28,751 nucleotides of DNA, taken from the NCBI GenBank assembly GCA_964512755.1, contig CAZEKN010000002.1:1-28751 (forward strand). The letters run 5' to 3'. The DNA is from an uncultured Desulfatibacillum sp. Its GTDB lineage: Bacteria > Desulfobacterota > Desulfobacteria > Desulfobacterales > SpSt-501. Positions 1 through 10,910 of the stretch are shown here, in pieces (positions within the stretch are counted from its first letter, which is position 1; each line of letters begins with the position of its first letter). The translations under genes and the position numbers were made by a program. Below the pieces are notes generated by a model, which saw nothing but the letters and a program-made list of their open reading frames with translations, did not search any database and had not been told where the DNA came from.

Positions 1-1834
1 TCACGTTGCCGAGGGATTTGGACATCTTGCGGCCCTCGGCGTCCACCACGAAGCCGTGCGTCAGGACGGCATCGTAAGGCGCGCGGCCGCGATTGCCGAC
101 CGCAGTCAGCAGCGAGCTGTGGAACCAGCCGCGGTGCTGGTCGCTGCCCTCGAGATAAAGGTCGGCCGGCCAGCGCAGGTCTTTGCGCACATCGAGCACC
201 GCCGCATGGCTCACTCCGGAGTCGAACCAGACGTCCAGGATGTCGGTTTCCTTGACAAAGCCGTCGTGCCCGCATTGAGGGCAGCGCGCGCCGGGCGGCA
301 GGATCTGGGCGATATCGCGTTCGAACCAGACATCCGCTCCGTGCTCGCTGAACATCCGCACCACGCGGTCGATGGTCTCCTGGTTCAGGAGCAGCGTCTC
401 GCATTTGGCGCAGTAGCAGACCGTGATGGGCACCCCCCAGGCGCGTTGGCGGGAGACGCACCAGTCCGGCCGGTTTTCGATCATGCCGTAGATACGCTCA
501 CGGCCCCAGGCGGGGATCCACTGCACGCGGTCGATTTCCGCGAGCGATTTGCGCCGCAGCCCGGTCTTGTCCATGGAGATGAACCACTGCGGCGTTGCTC
601 GGAAGATGACGGGTTGCTTGCAGCGCCAGCAGTGCGGATAGGCGTGCGCAAGCGTGCCGGCCTGGACCAGCGCGCCCGTTTCGCTGAGTTTGGCGCGGAT
701 CTGCGGGTTGGCATCGAAGACAAACTGTCCGCCGAAAAACTTGACCTCGGGGGTGAACCGGCCGCGGTCGTCCACCGGCGAATAGGCCTCGAGCCCGTAT
801 TCCAGACCGACGTCATGGTCCTCGCGGCCGTGGCCCGGAGCCGTATGCACGCAGCCGGTGCCGGCATCGAGCGTTACGTGCCGGCCGAGCACGATGATTG
901 ATTCGCGGTCGTAAAAGGGATGGCGGCAGGTCTTGCGCTCGAGCCGCCGCGGATCGATGCGGGCGAGGATGGAATAGGCCGGCCGGCCGAACGTTGCCAT
1001 ACAGGGCTCCACCAGATCCCGGGCGAGTACGAAGACTTCGTCCCGGCCTGCGTCCACGGCGACATACTCGAAATCGGGATGCAGCGCGACGGCCAGATTG
1101 GCCGGCAGGGTCCAGGGGGTGGTCGTCCAGATGACGACGTAGGCCGCCTTGCCCGCCAGCGCGGGGTAATCCGTTCCCAGATCATCCGTCAGGGCGAATT
1201 TGACGAAGATCGAATCGGTGGATTCGTCCTGATATTCGATTTCGGCTTCGGCCAATGCGGTCTGACAGGTAAAGCACCAATGGATGGGCTTCTTGCTGCG
1301 GGTCAGGTCGCCGGACAGACCGAACTTCATGCACTCGCGGGCGATGATCGCCTCGTACTCGTAGTTCATGGTGAGATAGGGGTTGGCCCAGTCTCCCATG
1401 ACCCCCAGGCGCTTGAATTCGTTGCGCTGGATGTCGATGAAGCGCTCGGCGTAGGCGCGGCAGAGCTTGCGGACCTGGGAGCGGGTTAGACTCTTTTTCT
1501 TCTCGCCCAGTTCCTTGTCGACGTTATGCTCGATCGGCAGGCCGTGGCAATCCCATCCCGGCACATAAACCGCATCGAATCCCGACATCTGCTTGGAGCG
1601 CACGATGATGTCCTTGAGGATCTTGTTCAGGGCGGTTCCGATATGGATGTGGCCGTTGGCGTAAGGCGGTCCGTCGTGCAGGATAAACGGCGTGCGGCCG
1701 GCCGAAGCGCTGCGGATCGCCTCGTAGAGCCGGTGGTCCTCCCATTGCTTCAGCTGCTCCGGCTCGCGCCGCGCCAGGTTGGCCTTCATGGCAAATTCGG
1801 TTGTCGGCAGATTGAGCGTTTGCTTGTAATCCAT
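1..1834 (-). CDS. ileS: Isoleucyl-tRNA synthetase (type 1), 3' end runs off the left edge
   Basis: Not in the ORF track because there is no stop in the window. ATG at 1834 with GGAGG upstream gives [14 protein letters not shown]. Motifs [20 protein letters not shown] (HIGH-type), [27 protein letters not shown] and KMSKS (14-28). Confidence 0.97.
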   Translation of the reverse strand, partial: MDYKQTLNLPTTEFAMKANLARREPEQLKQWEDHRLYEAIRSASAGRTPFILHDGPPYANGHIHIGTALNKILKDIIVRSKQMSGFDAVYVPGWDCHGLPIEHNVDKELGEKKKSLTRSQVRKLCRAYAERFIDIQRNEFKRLGVMGDWANPYLTMNYEYEAIIARECMKFGLSGDLTRSKKPIHWCFTCQTALAEAEIEYQDESTDSIFVKFALTDDLGTDYPALAGKAAYVVIWTTTPWTLPANLAVALHPDFEYVAVDAGRDEVFVLARDLVEPCMATFGRPAYSILARIDPRRLERKTCRHPFYDRESIIVLGRHVTLDAGTGCVHTAPGHGREDHDVGLEYGLEAYSPVDDRGRFTPEVKFFGGQFVFDANPQIRAKLSETGALVQAGTLAHAYPHCWRCKQPVIFRATPQWFISMDKTGLRRKSLAEIDRVQWIPAWGRERIYGMIENRPDWCVSRQRAWGVPITVCYCAKCETLLLNQETIDRVVRMFSEHGADVWFERDIAQILPPGARCPQCGHDGFVKETDILDVWFDSGVSHAAVLDVRKDLRWPADLYLEGSDQHRGWFHSSLLTAVGNRGRAPYDAVLTHGFVVDAEGRKMSKSLGNV

Positions 1835-1871
1835 TCCATCCTCCCCGGGTCGGCTGCTTGTCGACCCGGCA

Positions 1872-1900
1872 TTTCTAACTGCAACCGAATGCGGTGTCAA
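1872..1900 (-). promoter_or_regulatory. sigma70-type promoter for ileS
   Basis: Minus strand TTGACA (1900-1895), 17-nt spacer, TAGAAA (1877-1872), 37 nt before the ileS ATG. Confidence 0.6.
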
Positions 1901-1919
1901 GGAGACCGTCGGTTTGACT

Positions 1920-2015
1920 TCAGAAGAGAAAAAACATGCGGTAGAGGGCCAACCCCAGAAGAATCAGGGCCAGTCCGAGGATCCAGATGAGCTGTTCGGG
2001 CGTGAAACGGGGCAT
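1920..2015 (-). CDS. 31-aa single-transmembrane small protein [31 protein letters not shown]
   Basis: ATG 2015 to TGA 1920. 23 of the 30 codons after ATG end in G/C. One long hydrophobic stretch. It fills the lysC-ileS gap without overlapping the ileS promoter. No clear SD. Confidence 0.5.
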   Translation of the reverse strand: MPRFTPEQLIWILGLALILLGLALYRMFFLF

Positions 2016-2080
2016 GGGATGGGTTGCGTTACGTGTTCCATCGCCGCGGAAGCGCTTCTACTCCCTTACCGGAAGACCCA

Positions 2081-3298
2081 TCACGGCGCATCCAGTCCAA
2101 ACTCCGCGTGCAGCGCCTGAACCGCCAGCTCGGCGTACTTTTGCTCGATCAGGCAGGAAATTCGGATTTCGGAGGTGCTAATCATCATGATGTTGATCCC
2201 CTCCCGGGCGAGGGTGTTGAACATCCGCGCCGCCACACCGGGGTGACTGCGCATGCCCACGCCGGTGACCGATACTTTGGCGATGTTCTCGTCGCCGAAC
2301 ACGTCTTCGGCCGCGATGTCTTGGGCCACCGTTTTTTCGATCGCCAGAGCAGCCTTGAAATCGGCTTTGGGAACGGTGAAGGTCAGGTCCGTCTTGCCGC
2401 TGGCCCGGGTGTTCTGGATGATCATGTCGACGGAGATGCCGGCCGCGGCGATCGGGCTGAAGATCTTGGCGGCGATTCCGGGCATGTCGGGCACTTTGCG
2501 CAGCGTGATGCGTGCGTCGTTCTTGTTCATGGTCACCGCAGAGACCACCACCCGTTCCATGCCGTTGTCCTCATTGACGACCATGGTTCCTTCCTCCTCC
2601 GCAAAAGACGATCGGACGTGCACCGGCACGTTGTACTTCATGGCAAACTCGACCGAACGGATCTGCAGCACCTTGGCGCCGATGCTGGCCATCTCCAGCA
2701 TCTCCTCGTAGGAGATCCGATCGAGCTTGCGGGCCTTGGGCACCACGTTCGGATCGGCTGTGAAGACGCCGGTTACGTCCGTATAGATTTCGCAGCAATC
2801 CGCCTGCAGCGCGGCCGCAATGGCGACGGCCGATGTATCCGAGCCGCCGCGGCCCAAGGTCGTGATGTTGCCATCCGGGTCACAGCCCTGGAAACCGGCT
2901 ACGACCACGATGGTGCGCTCGGCGAGCAGGCTGCGCACGCGATCGGCCCGAATGTCCTGGATGCGGGCGTTGCCGTAACAGAAATCGGTGCGGACCTCCA
3001 CCTGAAATCCCATCAGGGAAAGGGCCGGGAACCCCATGGTCCGTAGCATCATGGCCAGCAGCGCGGCGGTGGTCTGCTCGCCGGTCGCCAGCAGCGCGTC
3101 CAGCTCGCGCTTGTCCGGGGTTTCGTTGACCTGCTTGGCCAGGTTGATGAGCCCATCGGTGACGCCGGCCATGGCCGAGACGATGACCACGACGTCGTTG
3201 CCCTGCTGATGGGTGCGGATCACTCGATTGGCCACGTTCTGGATGCGCTCCAGGTTGGCCACCGACGTGCCGCCGTATTTTTGAACGATCAATCCCAT
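2081..3298 (-). CDS. lysC: Aspartate kinase (two ACT domains)
   Basis: [13 protein letters not shown] start at 3298 with GGAGG SD; [33 protein letters not shown]. The upstream extension in the ORF track is rejected. Confidence 0.97.
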   Translation of the reverse strand: MGLIVQKYGGTSVANLERIQNVANRVIRTHQQGNDVVVIVSAMAGVTDGLINLAKQVNETPDKRELDALLATGEQTTAALLAMMLRTMGFPALSLMGFQVEVRTDFCYGNARIQDIRADRVRSLLAERTIVVVAGFQGCDPDGNITTLGRGGSDTSAVAIAAALQADCCEIYTDVTGVFTADPNVVPKARKLDRISYEEMLEMASIGAKVLQIRSVEFAMKYNVPVHVRSSFAEEEGTMVVNEDNGMERVVVSAVTMNKNDARITLRKVPDMPGIAAKIFSPIAAAGISVDMIIQNTRASGKTDLTFTVPKADFKAALAIEKTVAQDIAAEDVFGDENIAKVSVTGVGMRSHPGVAARMFNTLAREGINIMMISTSEIRISCLIEQKYAELAVQALHAEFGLDAP

Positions 3299-3375
3299 TG
3301 GTTCCCTCCGAGCCACGGGCTCGCAATAGGCGACATCCAGCATCGCTGCGGTTGCACCGGTCCTGCCCGTCAGCG

Positions 3376-3894
3376 CTAAACCGGATTCGCCGGTGATGAG
3401 CCTGTAAAGCGATTCAACGCCTTTAGCAGACTCGCTGCCGCTTGTCCATATGCCAGCAACTGCAACGTGCGATGGTCGCCCTCGCCGATCTCGAATCGGA
3501 CTTCCAGCCGGTCCGCCTCCGCCTGCGGCTGCAGCCGGTCGGCCCATTCCACCGCCGCGACGCCGTCGCCATGCAGAATCTCGTTCAAGCCGAGGTCATC
3601 CGGGTCGAAACCGGCATTCAGGCGGTAAAGATCGATGTGGGCCAGCGGCAGCCGCGCCGGGTATTCGTTGATGAGAGTGTAGCTCGGACTGGTGACGTAA
3701 TGTTCGGGAGAGACGCCGAGCCCGCGCGCCAAACCCTGGACGAACATCGTCTTGCCGCTGCCGAGCTCACCCAGCAGAAAGATGGCCAGGGGGGTCGCGA
3801 GCAGCTGCCCGCAGCGCCGGCCCAGCGCCCGGGTTTCTTCGGCGTCGGCGGTCGTGATCGTCAGCGCTGCCATCGGGGAAAGCGCTTGCGTCAT
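3376..3894 (-). CDS. tsaE: tRNA t6A biosynthesis ATPase TsaE (YjeE)
   Basis: GELGSGKT P-loop, [21 protein letters not shown]. Start directly abuts the nnr stop. Confidence 0.93.
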   Translation of the reverse strand: MTQALSPMAALTITTADAEETRALGRRCGQLLATPLAIFLLGELGSGKTMFVQGLARGLGVSPEHYVTSPSYTLINEYPARLPLAHIDLYRLNAGFDPDDLGLNEILHGDGVAAVEWADRLQPQAEADRLEVRFEIGEGDHRTLQLLAYGQAAASLLKALNRFTGSSPANPV

Positions 3895-5451
3895 TCAGGC
3901 CTCCGCGAACAGGGTCATGAGCTGTCCGGGCAGGGCGGCCATGACCTCGCCGGCCAGATAGCCCCATGGCCCGACGCTGCGTGCCAGGTGGTCGGCCGCC
4001 GCTCCGTGGAGATAGACCGCTGCCCGGGCGGCCAGATCCGACCGGATGCCCTGCGCGATCAATCCCGCCAGGGCGCCGGTCAGCACATCGCCCATGCCGC
4101 CGGAGGCCATGCCGGAGTTGCCGGTGGGGTTGATGTAGACGGTCCCGTCCGGGTGGGCAATCAGGGTGCGGGCGCCCTTGAGAACCACATGCAGGTTCAG
4201 GGCGGTTGCGAGGTCGCGGGCGCAGGCGATGCGGTCGCGCTGCACGGCAGCGGCCGTCGTTCCGAGCAGGCGCGCCATCTCGCCCGGATGCGGGGTGAGA
4301 ACCGTATCAGCCGGCCGGTTTTTGAACACCTCCGATGCCCCGGCCAGATGGTTCAAACCGTCGGCGTCAATCACCGTCGGGATCGGGCTCGATCGGGCCA
4401 GCTCGCGGACCAACTCACCGGTTTCCGGGGCCGGGCCCAGACCAGGGCCCAGGGCCAGGCAGGATTTGGCCTGCGCCAGCCCAAGGATGGCATCCTGTGC
4501 GCTGGGGCCCAGCGTTCCGGCGCCGGTTTCGGGCAACGGCACAGTCATGGCCTCGAGCGTCAGCGTTTCCATGATCGCATGCAGGCTGGCGGGCGTTGCA
4601 AGGGTTACCAGCCCGGCCCCGATTCTCAGCGCGGCGGCTGCAGTCATGGCGGCTGCGCCGGTCTTGCCGGGGGAGCCGGCGATGACGAGCAGATGCCCGG
4701 TGCGCCCCTTGTGGGTATCGGCCGGCCGCGGGGCCACATAACCCCGGACGGTATCAGCGGACAGCAGGAAATGGCGCGGCCGGATGCAGTCGACCAGGGC
4801 GGGCGGAATCCCGATGTCGACCACTTCCAGCCGGCCGGTGTAATCCACACCGGGGAAGACCACCTGGCCGATCTTGGGGTGGGCGAAGGTGACGGTGAGG
4901 CGGGCACGAATGCAGGCGCCGCCAGGCTGACCGGTATCCGCGCTGAGACCGGAAGGAATATCGACCGCCAGCACCGGGCGGTTCAACTGGTTGATGAATT
5001 CGATCGCATTGCGGAAAAGACCGCGGACCTCCGAGCGCAGGCCGGTGCCGAAGATGGCGTCCACCCAGACCGCCTCGGCACGCATGTCCTGCTGGCAGCG
5101 GCTGAAGGACGCTTCATCCGCCGCTTGGATCACCGGAACGCCGGCAGCGGGTAGGAGCTTGAGGTTGGCGGCGGCATCGCCCTGGATTTGGTCGGGGGGC
5201 GACAACAGGTAAACGCGGACGGGATAGCCTTTCTGGGCCAGGCAACGGGCGATGACGTATCCGTCGCCGCCGTTGTTGCCGCGTCCGGCGATGACGCCTA
5301 CTCCCTGGCGGGCCGCGTCGCCGAAGTGGGAGAGGAAGACGCGCACGGCCTCTCGGCCGGCGTTTTCCATCAGCAGCCGGCCCGGAAGCCCGAATTGCTC
5401 GATGGTCAGGCGGTCCAGCGTCTGCATCTCCGTGGATGTCAGCACAACCAT
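3895..5451 (-). CDS. nnr: Bifunctional NAD(P)HX epimerase/dehydratase (YjeF)
   Basis: LMENAG, GRGNNGGDG, AVDIPSG, HKGRTGHLLVIAGS, IDADGL, TPHPGEM, GGMGDVLTG. GGAGG SD. Confidence 0.95.
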   Translation of the reverse strand: MVVLTSTEMQTLDRLTIEQFGLPGRLLMENAGREAVRVFLSHFGDAARQGVGVIAGRGNNGGDGYVIARCLAQKGYPVRVYLLSPPDQIQGDAAANLKLLPAAGVPVIQAADEASFSRCQQDMRAEAVWVDAIFGTGLRSEVRGLFRNAIEFINQLNRPVLAVDIPSGLSADTGQPGGACIRARLTVTFAHPKIGQVVFPGVDYTGRLEVVDIGIPPALVDCIRPRHFLLSADTVRGYVAPRPADTHKGRTGHLLVIAGSPGKTGAAAMTAAAALRIGAGLVTLATPASLHAIMETLTLEAMTVPLPETGAGTLGPSAQDAILGLAQAKSCLALGPGLGPAPETGELVRELARSSPIPTVIDADGLNHLAGASEVFKNRPADTVLTPHPGEMARLLGTTAAAVQRDRIACARDLATALNLHVVLKGARTLIAHPDGTVYINPTGNSGMASGGMGDVLTGALAGLIAQGIRSDLAARAAVYLHGAAADHLARSVGPWGYLAGEVMAALPGQLMTLFAEA

Positions 5452-5523
5452 GCCGTCACCTCCCCGGTTGCGACGGTCGCCGCGTCCCGCGCAACCAAAA
5501 CCTCCGCCCGGCGGCTTGGATCG

Positions 5524-6018
5524 TCAACGTGTCCGATGCCCGCGTATCCCAGCCGCCGCCTGGCCCGGTTCGGACCGGCGGCCTGCTTTCAAGGCTTGCA
5601 GCAGCTGCCGGCTCTTGGCGGCCATACGGCGGGCATCCGCCGCATGCTGCTCGTGGTCATACCCGCAGAGGTGCAGCAGCCCGTGCACGACCAGCTGGTT
5701 GATCCGCTCTTCCAGATCCAGACCGGCCGCTTGGGCCTCCCGCCAGGCGGTATCCATCGAAATCACCACATCCCCCAGGAGATGAGGGCTGAGGTGGGCG
5801 AACCGCCCTTCCTGCATCGGAAAGGCGATGACGTTGGTGGGGCCCTCCCGGCTCAGATACGCCCGGTTCATCGCGGCGATCTGGGGATCGTCTACCAGCA
5901 GGATGGACAGCTCGGCTTCAGGATGCCCTAAGGACTTTAGGAGGATCCGGGAATTCCGTCGCATCCGGCTCAACGAGATCCGGTGGCGTCTTTGGCGGTT
6001 GGCGATCTGGATGTCCAT
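5524..6018 (-). CDS. ybeY: rRNA maturation endoribonuclease YbeY
   Basis: GPTNVIAF, LGDVVIS and the HGLLHLCGYDH zinc-binding H3xH5xH motif. Confidence 0.93.
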   Translation of the reverse strand: MDIQIANRQRRHRISLSRMRRNSRILLKSLGHPEAELSILLVDDPQIAAMNRAYLSREGPTNVIAFPMQEGRFAHLSPHLLGDVVISMDTAWREAQAAGLDLEERINQLVVHGLLHLCGYDHEQHAADARRMAAKSRQLLQALKAGRRSEPGQAAAGIRGHRTR

Positions 6019-8305
6019 TTTTGAGTCTGCTCTTGCCGTTCTCGGCGGCGAAAGAACGCTGGTCGTAGTATTCGATGCGGTGATGGTGGATCCCGTTCAG
6101 AATGGTGTTGAAGCAGCCGGCGATTTTGTTAAGGTCTTTCAGGGTCAGATCGCATTCCTCGAGCTGGCCGTCGGAGAGAATGCGGTTGAACAGGCTCTGG
6201 ACCATGCCCTTGATGCGTGCCGGGGTCGGGTTCTCCAGCGTTCGTGACGCCGCCTCGACCACGTCGGCCAGCATCACCAACGCCGCTTCACGGGTCTGCG
6301 GCTTGGGGCCGGGATAGCGAAAATCGGCTTCCTTGACTTGATCGTCGCCCTTCAGCTGCCGGGCCTTTTCATAAAAATAACGGATGAGGCTGGTGCCGTG
6401 GTGCTGCCGGATGCCGTCGATGATGACCGGGCACAGCCTGTGCTCGCGGGCGATTTCCACCCCTTCCTTTATGTGCGAGATGAGGATCAGGCTGGACATG
6501 GACGGCGCCAGCCGATCATGCTTGTTCTTGCCGTTGCGCTGGTTTTCGATGTAGTATTGCGCTTTCTTGATTTTGCCGATGTCGTGATAATAGCCGGTCA
6601 CCTTGGCCATCAGCGGATTGGCGCCGATCTCCGCGGCGGCGGCTTCTACCATGGAGCCCAGGATGACCGAGTGGTGGTAGCTGCCCGGCGCCTCGATCAT
6701 GAGCTGTCGCAGGATCGGCCGGTCCAGATTGGCGAGTTCCAGCAGGCTGATATCCGTGGTGTAGCCGAAAGCGATCTCCGCGAGCGGAACCACTCCGGCG
6801 GCAACCACCCCGGCGCCCATGCCGCCCAAAAACGCGAAGGCGCTGCTCCAGGCCCAACCGGTCCAGGACGGGTGCCCGTTGAAGACATCGACCGCCACGG
6901 CCAATGCGGCGCCGAGCAGGCCGGTCTTGGCGCCCGCCGTGACGAAGACCTTGCGCTCCCGGCAGGTGCGGATCCAAAAGGCTCCCATGCATCCGGTGAT
7001 CATGAAAAAGATGCACATGGCCAGGTTGTTTTCAAACAGGATCGCCGTTCCGACCGCCGTCACGACCGCAAAGGCCACGGCCGCCGGCAGCTTCAGAAAA
7101 ACGCAAATGATCATCGGTGCGGCCGCCAGCGGTACGAGGAAAAGGACGGAGGTTCCCGGAATGGCATAATGCGAGGCGCGGATCGCCCCGGCCAACAAGG
7201 TTGTCATGATCTGGGCTGCGAGCTGAAGAAAGATGAAGACGCACGCCATCAAAACGGCCGCTCGTGTGGGGTATTCGTTCATGGCCAGGCTGCGCCTGAA
7301 AAAAAGGATATGGCTCGCCGCGATCAGGCCGCCGATCAGGGCGGCTGTTCCCAAAAGGGTCAAGAAGAAGGACTCGGGTCTACCTTCGGATTCGAGGGCC
7401 TGAAGTTTGAGCAGGTGTAGTTCGCTCACCCGTTCGCCCTCGCGCAGGAGCATCTCTCCCTGCTTGATCTTGTAAAGGACGGGTTTGACTTCGGCGGCCG
7501 CCCGCATTTTGCGCTGCTCGGTTTCGCTGCGGTTGAGGGTGATGTTGGGTTGGATCAGGCGTTGACAGAAGTCGACCACCAAGTTGGCGATGGCGTAATC
7601 CAGATCCCGAAGCATGGGCTGGCCCTGGCTACGGACCAGCGAGCGGGCTTGGTCCAGGCTGTAGAACTGCTTAAAGTCATGGACGACCCTCTCTTCATGG
7701 GTGCGAACATCCCTTAGCAGGACGCCTCTTTCCAAGTCTTTGAGCAGGTTTTCCTTGGTGGAAACGACCCCGTTGTCGATGATTTTCTGGATGATCTCTG
7801 CGATTCCGCCCGCGATCCGCTTGGAGAACCCCTCCGCTTCGAGGGCGGCAAACGCGCCGTTGCTGACGCGGATGGCGATTTTGTCCTCAAAGGCTTTGCG
7901 GGCCTCCTCGGGCGGCGTTGGCGCGTCCGCCGCTGCGTGCGGCCCGGGGGCACTGTTTTCAAATGCGGCCCGGCGCATGGCCCGCAAGTCGGCAAAGGCC
8001 TCTTCCACCATTCGGGCGAGCCGAGCGGACAGCTCATTGTCCTGGTCATAGACCGTGAGCACTTCCTGAACCGCCTGCTGGCGTTTGATCTCGGTCGCCG
8101 CCTGATCCTTTACGAGCAATTCCCGCGGGGCCTTGACGTCCTTTTCGGCCACATCGCCGACCGTGTACTGCAGCCGGGGCACCATGATGCGAGGGTAAAG
8201 GATCAGGGAAAAGGCGATCGAGACAGCGGCCAGCAGCAGCAGCCGAAGGCCGAACGGCCATTCGTGCAGTAGGGTCGGCAGCGAAAAACGTTTGTCGAAG
8301 GTCAT
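5918..8305 (-). CDS. 7TM-HD family phosphohydrolase (PgpH/YqfF-like, candidate cyclic di-AMP phosphodiesterase)
   Basis: N-terminal TM, large extracytoplasmic domain, about 7 hydrophobic segments, then an HD domain ([37 protein letters not shown]). Located between phoH and ybeY. ATGA overlap with phoH. Confidence 0.9.
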   Translation of the reverse strand: MTFDKRFSLPTLLHEWPFGLRLLLLAAVSIAFSLILYPRIMVPRLQYTVGDVAEKDVKAPRELLVKDQAATEIKRQQAVQEVLTVYDQDNELSARLARMVEEAFADLRAMRRAAFENSAPGPHAAADAPTPPEEARKAFEDKIAIRVSNGAFAALEAEGFSKRIAGGIAEIIQKIIDNGVVSTKENLLKDLERGVLLRDVRTHEERVVHDFKQFYSLDQARSLVRSQGQPMLRDLDYAIANLVVDFCQRLIQPNITLNRSETEQRKMRAAAEVKPVLYKIKQGEMLLREGERVSELHLLKLQALESEGRPESFFLTLLGTAALIGGLIAASHILFFRRSLAMNEYPTRAAVLMACVFIFLQLAAQIMTTLLAGAIRASHYAIPGTSVLFLVPLAAAPMIICVFLKLPAAVAFAVVTAVGTAILFENNLAMCIFFMITGCMGAFWIRTCRERKVFVTAGAKTGLLGAALAVAVDVFNGHPSWTGWAWSSAFAFLGGMGAGVVAAGVVPLAEIAFGYTTDISLLELANLDRPILRQLMIEAPGSYHHSVILGSMVEAAAAEIGANPLMAKVTGYYHDIGKIKKAQYYIENQRNGKNKHDRLAPSMSSLILISHIKEGVEIAREHRLCPVIIDGIRQHHGTSLIRYFYEKARQLKGDDQVKEADFRYPGPKPQTREAALVMLADVVEAASRTLENPTPARIKGMVQSLFNRILSDGQLEECDLTLKDLNKIAGCFNTILNGIHHHRIEYYDQRSFAAENGKSRLKNGHPDRQPPKTPPDLVEPDATEFPDPPKVLRAS

Positions 8306-9318
8306 GTCCGTTCCCTCCGAACGCCGTCCGGATGGAGATCGGGTTGCGTTCCCCGTTTGCGGGCGTCCAGCTCCTCGTACGCCCGGATGATCTCCTGTAC
8401 CAAGCGGTGCCGCACCACATCCTGTTTGGAGAAGAATACGAATTTGATGCCCTCGATGCCCTGCAGAATGTTCTTGGTTTCGATCAACCCCGAGGTGCGC
8501 TCCCGCGGCAGGTCGATCTGGGTGATATCGCCCGTGATCACCGCCTTGGAATTGAACCCGATGCGAGTCAGAAACATCTTCATCTGTTCGGAGGTGGTGT
8601 TCTGGGCTTCGTCCAGGATGATAAACGAGTCGTTCAGGGTCCGGCCGCGCATGAAGGCGATCGGCGCGACCTCGATCACCCCTTTCTCCATCAGCGTCGA
8701 ATATTTTTCGAAGCGCATCATGTCGTGCAGGGCATCATAGAGCGGCCGCAGATACGGGTCCACCTTTTCGGCCAGATCCCCCGGCAGGAACCCCAGGGTC
8801 TCGCCGGCTTCCACCGCCGGGCGGGTCAGGATGATCCGGCTGACCTGGGCTTTGGTGAAGGCCGCCACGGCCATGGCCATGGCCAGATAAGTCTTGCCGG
8901 TCCCGGCCGGGCCGATGCCGAAGACAATGTCATGGCTGCGGATCGCGTCGATGTAAGCCTTTTGGGCCGGGCTCTTCGGCGTAATCACGCTTTTCTTGGC
9001 CGTGACATAGACCGTGTCCAGAAAGACGTCTTTCAGGTTGAGGCGGTCGTTGCCGCTCAACATGCGCACCGCGTACTCGATGTCGTTCGGGTGCAGCGGG
9101 TAGCCTGCTTTCAGCAGTCCGTAAAGCTGGTTCAGAAGATTCTCCGCCAGTTCCGCCAGCACCCGCTCGCCTTCGATGAAGACCGCCGCGCCGCGGGTGG
9201 TGATGCGCACATCGAGCAGTTCCGCCAGCCGCTGCAAATGAGCATTGTGCTCCCCGAAGAGCTGGCGGGCGAACTCATTGTCCGCAAAGGAAACAGTGAC
9301 GGTATGCGGGTGGCTCAT
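8302..9318 (-). CDS. phoH: PhoH-like ATPase
   Basis: [50 protein letters not shown] at 9318 preferred over TTG at 9333. Confidence 0.93.
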   Translation of the reverse strand: MSHPHTVTVSFADNEFARQLFGEHNAHLQRLAELLDVRITTRGAAVFIEGERVLAELAENLLNQLYGLLKAGYPLHPNDIEYAVRMLSGNDRLNLKDVFLDTVYVTAKKSVITPKSPAQKAYIDAIRSHDIVFGIGPAGTGKTYLAMAMAVAAFTKAQVSRIILTRPAVEAGETLGFLPGDLAEKVDPYLRPLYDALHDMMRFEKYSTLMEKGVIEVAPIAFMRGRTLNDSFIILDEAQNTTSEQMKMFLTRIGFNSKAVITGDITQIDLPRERTSGLIETKNILQGIEGIKFVFFSKQDVVRHRLVQEIIRAYEELDARKRGTQPDLHPDGVRRERT

Positions 9319-9512
9319 ATGGCTGACGTCCAAGAACCGGCAAGAGCTGTGCTCCGGATTTTTAAGCTTGATTAATTACCACACCTGGCTTCAGAAATGC
9401 AAATCGTCAATTTTACCTTGACGGACCCGGGACGGCTTTGTTAGGTCATCGGATGCTCCGGAAAGCGAATGTGCCGGGGGCGTGGTGAAAACCGCTCACC
9501 GTCGAGTGCCGC

Positions 9513-10040
9513 ATGAACGCGTTTGACATCATTGTTGGCGTTATCTTGATCTACGGCCTGGTGCGGGGGCTTTTCCGCGGCCTGGTCAAAGAGGTGTCAT
9601 CGATCATCGGGGTGTTGGGCGGTTTCCTGGCCGCCTATTCGTTTTATGGAACGGTCGGCGGCTATTTGTCCGGACTGGTGTCGAGCCCGGCCTACCGCAA
9701 TCTCCTGGCGTTTCTGATTATCTTCAGCGCGGTGGTCATATTGGTGAACGTGCTGGCCATGGTCATCAAGTACCTGTTGAAGATCGTTTTCTTGGGATGG
9801 CTGGATCGGCTGGGCGGGGTGGCCTTCGGTTTTGTCAAGGGGGCGCTGATCGCCTCGGTCCTTTTTTGGGCGCTGACGGCTTTTCTCCCGAAGGGTACGC
9901 CGTTGATCAAGGAATCCATGGCCGCACCCTATGTGGCCATCGTATCCGAGAAGCTGGCCGGCATCGTTTCCAGCGACATCAAGCGTGAATTCGCCGCCAA
10001 ACTAGATGAACTGAAAAAGGCGTGGAACTCATTGAAATGA
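9513..10040 (+). CDS. cvpA: CvpA (colicin V production) family membrane protein
   Basis: N-terminal DIIVGVILIYGLVRGLFRGLVKE, about 4 TM segments, LDRLGGVAFG motif. Confidence 0.88.
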   Translation: MNAFDIIVGVILIYGLVRGLFRGLVKEVSSIIGVLGGFLAAYSFYGTVGGYLSGLVSSPAYRNLLAFLIIFSAVVILVNVLAMVIKYLLKIVFLGWLDRLGGVAFGFVKGALIASVLFWALTAFLPKGTPLIKESMAAPYVAIVSEKLAGIVSSDIKREFAAKLDELKKAWNSLK

Positions 10041-10834
10041 GCCAGGCAACGGCGGCGATGGATGAATTGATCCGCATCATCGAGCGGTTGAGGGGGCCGG
10101 ACGGGTGCCCGTGGGACCGCGAGCAGTCCGCGCGCTCCATGGTGCGCTTTCTGATCGAAGAAGCCTATGAGCTGGCAGACGCGATTGCATCCGATCATGC
10201 CGAGCACATTCGCGAAGAACTTGGAGACGTTCTGTTCCATATCCTCTTTATCACCCAGATGCATTCCGAAGAGGGTCGGTTTGATCTGGAACAGGTCTGC
10301 CGGGAGATCAGCGCGAAGATGAAGCGCCGCCATCCGCACGTGTTCGGCTCGGTGCGCGTGACGGACAGCGCAGAGGTCGTGCGGAATTGGCAGGAAATCA
10401 AGCGCGGTGAAAAGCACGCCGGTCGGCGGGCATCGGCATTGGATGCCGTGCCGGCCGGACTGCCCGGCCTGATGCGGGCTTACGCGGTTTCGGAGCGAGC
10501 GGCGCGGGTTCGGTTCGACTGGGATGAGCTGCCGGGCGTGCTCGCCAAGCTTCAGGAGGAGTTGGCGGAATTCACCGCCGCGGCGGAATGCAACGATATG
10601 GCCCAGGCGGCGCTGGAATTCGGCGATATTCTTTTTACAATGGTGAACCTGGCCCGATTTGGCGGAGTGCATCCGGAAACGGCGTTGACTGCGGCCGTCC
10701 AGAAGTTCGAGCGTCGCTTCCGGCGGATGGAGGCCATCGTTGCAGACAGCGGCCGGGATCTGGAGTCCATGCCGCAGACCGAAAAAGACCGGATCTGGGA
10801 AGCCGTGAAATCAGAAGAACGCCAGGCGCATTAA
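10037..10834 (+). CDS. mazG: Nucleoside triphosphate pyrophosphohydrolase MazG (tandem domain)
   Basis: LRGPDGCPWDREQ, EEAYE, EELGD, RRHPHVFG, KFERRF. ATG at 10037 overlaps the cvpA TGA (ATGA). Confidence 0.93.
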   Translation: MSQATAAMDELIRIIERLRGPDGCPWDREQSARSMVRFLIEEAYELADAIASDHAEHIREELGDVLFHILFITQMHSEEGRFDLEQVCREISAKMKRRHPHVFGSVRVTDSAEVVRNWQEIKRGEKHAGRRASALDAVPAGLPGLMRAYAVSERAARVRFDWDELPGVLAKLQEELAEFTAAAECNDMAQAALEFGDILFTMVNLARFGGVHPETALTAAVQKFERRFRRMEAIVADSGRDLESMPQTEKDRIWEAVKSEERQAH

Positions 10835-10910
10835 ACCTTTTAGCGGATCGATTCGAACCTGTTTCGTCGCCGGCGGCCCAGCGCCGCATCCCGGCGGGGC
10901 TTTACATCCT

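Noticed and set aside
1835-1919. T-box leader for ileS
   Set aside because: The promoter sits right before the gene, and there is no T-box sequence or room for one.
1914-2120. 68-aa plus-strand ORF
   Set aside because: Largely the antisense of the hydrophobic 31-aa smORF and overlaps the lysC end; no SD or motif.
3299-3547. N-terminal extension of lysC in the ORF track, and a possible lysine riboswitch
   Set aside because: The extension overlaps tsaE, and the true start with an SD is at 3298. The 77-bp gap is too short for a lysine riboswitch and lacks its motifs.
5466-5496. GGTTGCG/CGCAACC hairpin between ybeY and nnr
   Set aside because: The T-run precedes rather than follows the stem on the coding strand, so it is not an intrinsic terminator. 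No other support.
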